A DNA stretch of 24,108 nt. Origin: a virus (lineage: Duplodnaviria; Caudoviricetes). Below are positions 16,880 through 24,108 of the stretch, in pieces. Positions within the stretch are counted from its first letter, which is position 1. Each line of letters opens with the position of its first letter. Location: positions 1 to 24,108 of the IMG/VR virus record IMGVR_UViG_3300014775_000693; one strand, given 5' to 3'. The notes beneath the pieces are model-generated. The model saw only the letters and a list, made by a program, of their open reading frames with translations, ran no database searches and had not been told where the DNA came from. A program made the position numbers and the translations under genes.

Positions 16880-19800
16880 TTATACGATGCTCCAACTACC
16901 GCCGTTGTTAATAGTCACCACTTGATTATTATTTATAGTGATAGGACCAGCGGACATGCAGTTATCACCATTTTGAACAGTAATGTTTTCAGCCACTGTT
17001 GTTCTATTGCGCTTGAATACGCCATAGGTATCAATCCACTGCTTGTCACCATTGGAACGGAGAACAACGTCTCTCTGACCACTATTCAATCCAACAGAAT
17101 CTGTTTTGATGTTCAGACCGTTTTGACCGCGAACTTCAACTCTATATGTTGTCTGATTTTGGTCGCTACCAGAGTAGAATGTCCAAGTACCGCCATTACC
17201 ATCAACAGAACCCATGCTGGTATCGTTATCAGATCTCCAGTAGAAGTTATCACCAGTTCTGAAATATGTGTGAGAGTTATTACCGAAATAGAATCTTGGT
17301 TGACCACCAGCGTCGCTCAACCATGTGTTTACAGTAGAACCGAAGTATGGAAGACCCAGAGCAGTATAACCATCAAGTAAGTCGGCGTTCAGGTTAGTAA
17401 CCTTAGTTGTGGAACTGACTGACAGTGGTGCAGTACCAGTTGCAACAGTAGATTTAAGTTGATTGTCAGTTTCAATTGCGCCACCAACGTTTAAAGTAGA
17501 ACCCGCACCAGTGCTAACACTGTTACCTTTGTTCATGAATACTCTGTTTGTTGCAGAGTAAATTGCCAGGGATGCGCTGTCCTTAGAACCTTGGAAATTT
17601 GTTGTTAGTGCTCCATTTGCACTAGTAAATCCTTTGACAATAAACCAGGATTGGTCGCTATCGTCAGCACCCAACTGCCAACCTACATCGTTGTCAGTAT
17701 CGCTAAATGTCATGAATGGAGAAGTTCCATTTGCACCCATAGTGATTCTGGCGTAAGTAGAACGACCATCACTCATGTCTACCCAAGAAGTAGCACCGCT
17801 AACGGTTTGCCTTGTAATTGTAAGAGGAGATTGTGGATTGTTGTCGCCAATACCAACATTTGTACTTCTGAGGTAGAATCCGTTATATCTCAGAGCACTT
17901 TCATCCCATCCAAACTCACGAGTGTCATTACCGAATACAATGAATCCTCTGTTGGTAAATCGCTTACCTCGGATATTCATTATCCCGTGGGGAGCGGTAC
18001 CAGTCGCAGCGTTCTTACCAAGTGTAAAACCATTAAGATCAGCAATGCTTAATGCGGATGTACCATTGTTAGCAAAGGTACCTTGGTCTGCGGTAAGATC
18101 ATTAACAGTTAAGTGTCCAGATGCATCTCTGCGAGCAATCGTATTTGCTGTAGCAGCAGTGCTCTGAGTATAACCATCAAGATAGTGAGCATCTAACTGA
18201 GAGGAAGAACCATCATTACCAGAATGCCAGACGGTGTTACCATTAATGGTAAGGTCACCAGCATTGATTCTGAGAGTACCGTTGCCGTTGGAGGAATTAC
18301 CACCAGAGACGATCATCTGAACGTCATAGACGGGTGCTTGACCAGAAGATCTGAAGTCAATCGTTGGTGTGGTAGAAGTTGCTGCCTTACCAAGCTGCAG
18401 TTTTGCACCGTTAGCATCGTCACGAAGACCGATGATTGTGGTAGAACCGCTAGAAACTTTGTTGGAAGAAGAAACTGTCCACTTGGTTCCTGGGTTAGGA
18501 CCAAAGACATATACGTTAGCATTGCTGTTAGAACCAACGAATGCAACTGTACCAGTGACCAGAGAGTAAATCTCACCTGTAGTGTGAGTTAATTCCTGGA
18601 CACCGTTAGAATCAACTACAATTGAACCGATGTTATTGGTCGCACCAACATCAGAGTAGATTGTGTATGTACCATTTGGATTGATGTTACCACCAGTACC
18701 AGTTCTACAATGGAAATCTGGAATATAGAAGGTATACTTGTTACCAGTGTCATTGACATAGAAGTTCTCGAAGACCATCTTGTCTTGACCAAGAACTTCT
18801 GGCAAGAACATATCACCGATTGGATGATTGATTCCTGCACGGGTGTCACCAACGTTGTAACCAGACTGATACCAGAGACCCTGCTTACCTTCTAACAGGT
18901 CAGCGTCCAGTCCAGAACCAGGACCATCGTTAGCAGAAGACCAGATCTTCGCCCAGTTGGTATACACAGCGTTGCCGCCAGTGTTACCTCTAATATAAAG
19001 GTTATTGTTATCAGTGAAACCTAACTGAGTGGATGCAGTGCCTGTTGCCTGTCTTCTGTAAGTAACAACGCCATGTGTAGTGCCACCATCGCTAAGACCT
19101 GTAGCAGCGTTGTTTCTAAGTGCTGCAGCAACACCGTTTGTTGCCTGTGAAGGTCCTGGGTTAGAACCAGGTGAAGCAGTTTCGTTGAAGATTCTGTTCG
19201 CGGTATCCGCTGTACCAGAGATGGAGATGTTGTAGGTAGTATTTGCCAGACGTGCTGGATCGAGTGTACCAAACAGAATATTATTTGCTGTTTGATAGAA
19301 AGTGCCTTGGTTACCATCGAGTTTGTCAGCGTTCAGTTCAGAACCTGGACCCTGGTCGAGAGCGACATTACCATTGTTGTCGATAACGAAACCGCCTTGA
19401 TCTTGGTTACCAACAGCTTGGTTTGCAACATCCTTACGGAAACGGAATACGCCATAGTTACCATAAACAGATGAAGAAGGTGTTAAGTTATCACCTTTCT
19501 TGATATCAACTTCAATGTTACCATACGCACGGTTGATAGTGCCTTTAACTGCGTTCAGGATTGCTCCAGTACCACCACCAAGTTCAGATGGGATAACAAC
19601 AGAGAAGTTGCCAGTGTATCCTGTACCAGAGTCAGTTACCGATGCACTAGTGATTACGCCACCAGAAACGATGTATGTTGCACGAGCAACACTATCACTA
19701 GTGATCGAGATATTACCACCATCCATTGGGATGTTCTGATAAGTACCATCTGTATATCCTGTACCACCAGCAGTAATAGTGATAGTGTCAATGTAACTAC

Positions 19801-22800
19801 TATCCGACAGAGATCCACTAATCACAAGAGCATCTTGTGTAGTAGGTCTGACAGATTGCAGTGCATACTCCCAAGAAGAATCACCTCTAAGGAATGTGTA
19901 AGAGTTAGCAGTACCCTTACCTGCCATTCTTTCTGGGTCGATTGTACCAGCAACAATATTGGATGCATCAATATTAGTGGACGTTAACTGTGTCCAGTTT
20001 GCCGCGTTAGATGCAGAAGTATTGATTGCTCTAGACAGGTCAATAATTCTCTTTCTGTTGACATTACCACTCAGGGTTCCGCTAGAAAGACTGGTAACCG
20101 TATACTGATTAGCGTTGAGAACGGATACTGTATAGAATCCATCGGCAGCACCGCCAGATGTAAAATCAAGGTATACAAGATCTGCGTTAGACAGGTTATG
20201 TCCAGTCTCACTAACTGTAATAGTTGTGCCTGACTGAGAATATGTACCCGTACCTTCGTTAGCAAGAGACTGGTCAAGAATGAAGTCGCCAGCATCAAAC
20301 TTGATATTATTTGCAATATCAATATCAACACGAGCTTCAATTTGTGCAGAAATGCTTGCGTTATTTGACGCACCACCAGGAGATACCTGAACCTGTACAG
20401 TTGGTTGGGTGTAGTAACCAGAACCTTTATTGGTGATAGTAACTTTAGTTACACTGCCGTTAGTGACATTTGCAGTAGCAGCTGCCTGTGTACCACCTGG
20501 ATCATCAGGAGTACCGATTGTGAGTGCAAAGTCTCCAGTATATCCAGAACCACCATCACTGATCACAAAGTTGTAGACCAGACCATCGTTGTATGACTGG
20601 ACAGTACCACGAGCAGTTGTAGAACTACCAACGAGAATATCGTTAGCAGTAAATGCATAGTTGCTATTAGGTGCAAATGCTAAGAACTGACTTTCAAGGT
20701 CATTCTCCAAGATATAGGAGATTGCAGTACCTTGTGTGGTAAATGTATGTGTACCTGTGCCTTGGGATGTTAAGTCAATTGCGCTGCCATTATTGGCATT
20801 AGATTCAGTGGTAGAAAGTTTGATGTTATCGTTATCAACCTTGATAACGTAGTAAACATTACCATCAGCAAGACCACCAATGTCACTGCTGCCAGAAGAA
20901 TATGTTAATTGATCACCAGTATTTGTTCCATGACCAGTGATTGCAATTGCATCTGTGCTAGTATTGACGGAACTAGATGCAACGCTGAAGGTAGTTGCAC
21001 TCGTCTCAATAGCAATATCACCAGCGTTAGCATCTTCAATAGCAAGACGCTCTGCCTGAGATGTGACAGATGTAATGTTGAAAGGACGCAGAGCAGGGAT
21101 CTGGTCAATATTGATCTTACCTGAAGAGGTCAACTGAACCAGAGCAGATGGAACTGCATTTGTGGAATATGGTTGGTTCAGGTATGGTCCAAGGTTGTTG
21201 GAGATATAATCTCTAACGGATGCCTGTGTTGGCAGCAGTGAATCGGATGCAAATGTGCCACCCAGGTTATCATCATCGGAGAAACCTGTAATAGTGATTG
21301 CACCACCAACAATCTTAATGGAGGACAGTTCGGAGATACTAACAGTACCAACGAAACTAATAGCACCAGTTCTGTTGAAGATGGTAACGAAATTACCAAC
21401 CTTAAAGTCACCAAACTCGTTAGTACCAGAGGTATAAACCTGACCGAAGGATTGTTCAGATGCTTCGTATGCAGTACCAAGACCAACACCACCGTTCTGA
21501 GGCAGTGCAGCATAAGTGTTACCAGAACCAGAGAATTCCCAAGTGTGGGAAGAAGAGTTACAGACAGATGGTCTGTGGAACTGGATACCTCTTGTGTGAA
21601 GATTGCTCAGTGGCAAACTTCCAGCAACATAAGTAGGGCTATTAGTAGACTGATAGCGATCACCAGTTGTACTATCAGTGTAGTCCATCGCCCTGTTAGT
21701 GGTGATGTCTGCAGTAATTTGAGTGCCTACACTACCACTAATTACTTCAGTTTCAAGAATGATGTGCTCAGTTGCAGGATCTGTTGGTGATGTGCCACTG
21801 ATTCTGATGATGTAGTCCTCAACAGGAATGTTTGTCAGATTTGTACCGCTAACACGGATGACCTGTCTACCTGTTGGAACTCCATTACCATCTAAGTCAT
21901 CACTGATGTTATCAATAACACCGATATCAAAGTCGTATGGATCTGCTCTGAAACCAGTTGCACGAAGTGCGAACGTACCGAAGTTAGATGCTGAGTTAGT
22001 AACGGAAGCGTAACCACCAGACTGACAAAGGATACCATCTTGACAGAAGATTGCGAAGACAGACACCAACTGAGTGTAACCATCATTACTGATGTTATAT
22101 GCAGTACCACCAAAGGAGATGATGGTGAATGCGTTAGCAACCATCGACTTACCTTGTGGGTCGAAGTTTGCAACGGTGTTGCCCTGTGCATTCAGTTTCA
22201 GACCTGGACGTGGTACGTTTGGTGTAGCGACCTTAGCACCGTCAATTTCACAACCAGAACCACCCAGGAAGGAGATTAGAGAGGAGTTCTGGATATATGG
22301 AGATGCCTCAATAACTGGAAGATCGAGGTTGTTAGAAAGCAGTGGGAAAGAATACAGTCCATTATTTTGCTCAGAGATAACTGGATCTGGAGCGGTTACA
22401 GTTCCGCTATATGCAGTTCCACTAGAAAGAACGTTGTCTAAAATACCCCAGTTAGTAACCAGAGCAGATACAACGTTTGCACACTCAGGTGCACTGCTAT
22501 CTACAGTAATAGAACCATTTGCAACTGGTGCAATCTGAGAGAATTGTCCATCCTCTAACTGGTTTCTAATTGCATCAATTGCTAGTTCTTTTGCAGCTGC
22601 AAATGTTGCACGAGTAAATTCAACCTCTTCTGGGACGTGTGCAACAGATCCACCGCTAATATAGAGGTTTGCTGCTTCAATAGTCTTAGAGTTACCACCA
22701 TAACGTAAGTCATGGGAGAATGCTCTCAGAATCTTCTGTACGTCGTCGATGCACTGAATGTCACCAGGAGCAACAGTTCTGGTTACACCGTTAAGGTTAC

Positions 22801-24108
22801 CAGTGCCAGAGTTGGTACCGATAGCATTGGTAAGAATAGTCGTTAAGGTTGTGATTGAAGCGGCAACATCTTGACATGCTGGAGTTGCAGCATCAACAGT
22901 TACTGTGTGGGTATATTGTGTAATAGATGTATGAGACCTTGTAATAGTCTCATTTCTCATGGCTTGAATTGCCATGTCACGGCAGTGATTGAAGACCTCT
23001 ACAGATCGATCTTGCTCACCAGCAACGTGTGCACCTCTGATATAATAGTTGGCAGCATCATATACTCTGTCATTACCACCCCATCTGAGGTTATGTGCCA
23101 ATGCCAGTTGGAGGAAGTCTTTAGCATCATCGATGCAAGATTGGTTTCCAGTTGGGATAGTAAATCCACCATTAGCAGCAAGCATTCTACCGACTGCTTC
23201 CTCAGCAATCAGTTCAGCGTTTGCATAGATGTTATCTGCAGCATCTGCATAGCGATCTGCAAATGGTTCGCTACCAGGTGTTCTAAATGGTTTCTGGAAA
23301 TCATTGAATGTGCCAGCAGTGCCAGTTTGACCATCTGCAGCTGCACTACCAAGATCTACAATAAATCTCTTATCATCAAGGATGTCATCAATGTCATATG
23401 TTCCATCAACAGTGCCGTTACCAGAACTTGCAATAGTAACTTGAATTGCAGTTCCAGCATCACTAGAGAACAGGTTATGACCTCTCTTGACCAGGAAGGT
23501 TGCCTTACCAGAAGCAACACTCCAAGATGTGATTGGACGAGTAACTCTTTCTGCTTGTGCTGCGAAAGTGGTTGGTCCAATGGTTAGAGAAGATGTTCTG
23601 GTTTGAGAGTTTTCGTAGTGGGACTTGACATATGCATATGCCTCTTCTGCAATAAACTCTTGGTTAGTCTTGATTGCAGTGCCACCATCACGGAATCTAT
23701 CAGAAATGTTGACTTTATCGAAACCGTATGGAGAGTTGCGAAGAGATGCCAAAACATAGTTGGCGGAACCAATTACGTTCTGGTCACCAGCTGGATTCAG
23801 TGTTGCGGAGATGTTGGTGATATTTGCTCTAACAACAAACTGCAGCGAGTATCCATCAGCACGCTCGATGCGGTGTGTAATATACTTTCTACCATTGAGG
23901 TCTGCAACGTTATCGAGAACTGATACACCAGAACCGCTAGAAGAAACAATGTTATCTCCCGTGGTTGGAGAATCGGATTGCTTCAGTACAACAGTAACAG
24001 TAGTATTGGAACTATTATAACGTGCATAACCCATACCCAAATCTGTATTGGATGGGAGGCTAGGTGTTCCAGATCCTAAGTCAAACTGACCGATATGATA
24101 TGTCTTAC
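16880..24108 (-). CDS. Giant tail-fibre / virion structural protein (>2400 aa, 5' end outside the window)
   Basis: The frame stays open from the track's TTG at 24040 to the window edge (KTYHIGQFDLGSGTPSLPSNTDLGM...). It contains C.DD...L..GGN helical repeats, an SPYIQN...SMVANAFT beta-rich domain, GSGY beta repeats, four L.AD.LDG-type fibre motifs and the C-terminal SAGPITI....VTI..G.SWSIV motif. Confidence 0.9.
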   Translation of the reverse strand, partial: KTYHIGQFDLGSGTPSLPSNTDLGMGYARYNSSNTTVTVVLKQSDSPTTGDNIVSSSGSGVSVLDNVADLNGRKYITHRIERADGYSLQFVVRANITNISATLNPAGDQNVIGSANYVLASLRNSPYGFDKVNISDRFRDGGTAIKTNQEFIAEEAYAYVKSHYENSQTRTSSLTIGPTTFAAQAERVTRPITSWSVASGKATFLVKRGHNLFSSDAGTAIQVTIASSGNGTVDGTYDIDDILDDKRFIVDLGSAAADGQTGTAGTFNDFQKPFRTPGSEPFADRYADAADNIYANAELIAEEAVGRMLAANGGFTIPTGNQSCIDDAKDFLQLALAHNLRWGGNDRVYDAANYYIRGAHVAGEQDRSVEVFNHCRDMAIQAMRNETITRSHTSITQYTHTVTVDAATPACQDVAASITTLTTILTNAIGTNSGTGNLNGVTRTVAPGDIQCIDDVQKILRAFSHDLRYGGNSKTIEAANLYISGGSVAHVPEEVEFTRATFAAAKELAIDAIRNQLEDGQFSQIAPVANGSITVDSSAPECANVVSALVTNWGILDNVLSSGTAYSGTVTAPDPVISEQNNGLYSFPLLSNNLDLPVIEASPYIQNSSLISFLGGSGCEIDGAKVATPNVPRPGLKLNAQGNTVANFDPQGKSMVANAFTIISFGGTAYNISNDGYTQLVSVFAIFCQDGILCQSGGYASVTNSASNFGTFALRATGFRADPYDFDIGVIDNISDDLDGNGVPTGRQVIRVSGTNLTNIPVEDYIIRISGTSPTDPATEHIILETEVISGSVGTQITADITTNRAMDYTDSTTGDRYQSTNSPTYVAGSLPLSNLHTRGIQFHRPSVCNSSSHTWEFSGSGNTYAALPQNGGVGLGTAYEASEQSFGQVYTSGTNEFGDFKVGNFVTIFNRTGAISFVGTVSISELSSIKIVGGAITITGFSDDDNLGGTFASDSLLPTQASVRDYISNNLGPYLNQPYSTNAVPSALVQLTSSGKINIDQIPALRPFNITSVTSQAERLAIEDANAGDIAIETSATTFSVASSSVNTSTDAIAITGHGTNTGDQLTYSSGSSDIGGLADGNVYYVIKVDNDNIKLSTTESNANNGSAIDLTSQGTGTHTFTTQGTAISYILENDLESQFLAFAPNSNYAFTANDILVGSSTTARGTVQSYNDGLVYNFVISDGGSGYTGDFALTIGTPDDPGGTQAAATANVTNGSVTKVTITNKGSGYYTQPTVQVQVSPGGASNNASISAQIEARVDIDIANNIKFDAGDFILDQSLANEGTGTYSQSGTTITVSETGHNLSNADLVYLDFTSGGAADGFYTVSVLNANQYTVTSLSSGTLSGNVNRKRIIDLSRAINTSASNAANWTQLTSTNIDASNIVAGTIDPERMAGKGTANSYTFLRGDSSWEYALQSVRPTTQDALVISGSLSDSSYIDTITITAGGTGYTDGTYQNIPMDGGNISITSDSVARATYIVSGGVITSASVTDSGTGYTGNFSVVIPSELGGGTGAILNAVKGTINRAYGNIEVDIKKGDNLTPSSSVYGNYGVFRFRKDVANQAVGNQDQGGFVIDNNGNVALDQGPGSELNADKLDGNQGTFYQTANNILFGTLDPARLANTTYNISISGTADTANRIFNETASPGSNPGPSQATNGVAAALRNNAATGLSDGGTTHGVVTYRRQATGTASTQLGFTDNNNLYIRGNTGGNAVYTNWAKIWSSANDGPGSGLDADLLEGKQGLWYQSGYNVGDTRAGINHPIGDMFLPEVLGQDKMVFENFYVNDTGNKYTFYIPDFHCRTGTGGNINPNGTYTIYSDVGATNNIGSIVVDSNGVQELTHTTGEIYSLVTGTVAFVGSNSNANVYVFGPNPGTKWTVSSSNKVSSGSTTIIGLRDDANGAKLQLGKAATSTTPTIDFRSSGQAPVYDVQMIVSGGNSSNGNGTLRINAGDLTINGNTVWHSGNDGSSSQLDAHYLDGYTQSTAATANTIARRDASGHLTVNDLTADQGTFANNGTSALSIADLNGFTLGKNAATGTAPHGIMNIRGKRFTNRGFIVFGNDTREFGWDESALRYNGFYLRSTNVGIGDNNPQSPLTITRQTVSGATSWVDMSDGRSTYARITMGANGTSPFMTFSDTDNDVGWQLGADDSDQSWFIVKGFTSANGALTTNFQGSKDSASLAIYSATNRVFMNKGNSVSTGAGSTLNVGGAIETDNQLKSTVATGTAPLSVSSTTKVTNLNADLLDGYTALGLPYFGSTVNTWLSDAGGQPRFYFGNNSHTYFRTGDNFYWRSDNDTSMGSVDGNGGTWTFYSGSDQNQTTYRVEVRGQNGLNIKTDSVGLNSGQRDVVLRSNGDKQWIDTYGVFKRNRTTVAENITVQNGDNCMSAGPITINNNQVVTINNGGSWSIV
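16930..16937 (-). promoter_or_regulatory. T4-type late promoter TATAAATA embedded in the 3' end of the giant fibre gene
   Basis: Exact TATAAATA within codons ACT ATA AAT AAT, ~54 nt upstream of ATG 16876. Confidence 0.65.
17369..19355 (-). repeat. Four dispersed fibre motifs of the GSGLDADLLDG type
   Basis: QGPGSELNADKLDG (~19311-19355), NDGPGSGLDADLLEG (~18888-18932), NDGSSSQLDAHYLDG (~18173-18217) and TNLNADLLDG (~17369-17398). Confidence 0.8.

Noticed and set aside
11398-17100. Diversity-generating retroelement or invertible tip cassette acting on the fibre genes
   Set aside because: No reverse transcriptase, recombinase, near-identical TR/VR pair or inverted gene was seen. A self dot-plot would be needed to exclude this fully.
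22871-23587. Long plus-strand ORFs (238 aa here; also 15977-16468, 16922-17380, 22092-22538 and others)
   Set aside because: All lie antisense to well-supported genes, show no recognisable motifs, and are expected shadows of biased codon usage.
24038-24040. TTG at 24040 as the start of the giant fibre gene
   Set aside because: The frame is open to the window edge with protein-like sequence, so the true start is outside the window.
1-24108. tRNAs, CRISPR arrays, introns, inteins, homing endonucleases and intrinsic terminators
   Set aside because: Intergenic gaps are all under ~30 nt and the genes are uninterrupted. No such motifs or GC-rich stem plus U-tract were recognised by eye.

Overview
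This window is a segment of a T4-like (Kyanoviridae-type, probably marine cyanophage) myovirus genome, and every credible gene is on the minus strand. In transcription order (right to left) it holds: a giant tail-fibre/virion structural protein that runs off the right edge; a kelch-like propeller fibre protein; a tail-fibre-assembly-like protein; a coiled-coil protein; a U32-like Fe-S domain/SAM-methyltransferase fusion; a small fibre-like protein; a 2OG-Fe(II) oxygenase; two small proteins; a class III PLP aminotransferase; an ~1820-aa subtilisin-family (S8) protein with two cupredoxin-like, six Ig-like and two FN3-like domains; and the conserved head-tail block gp13-gp14-gp15-gp16 (gp16 runs off the left edge and is missing from the ORF track). 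T4-type late promoter motifs (TATAAATA and variants) precede several units, and one sigma70-type extended -10 precedes the oxygenase. The most notable features are the modification-enzyme cassette interleaved with fibre genes and the protease with two putative copper sites. All family assignments come from motif recognition by eye; no searches were run.
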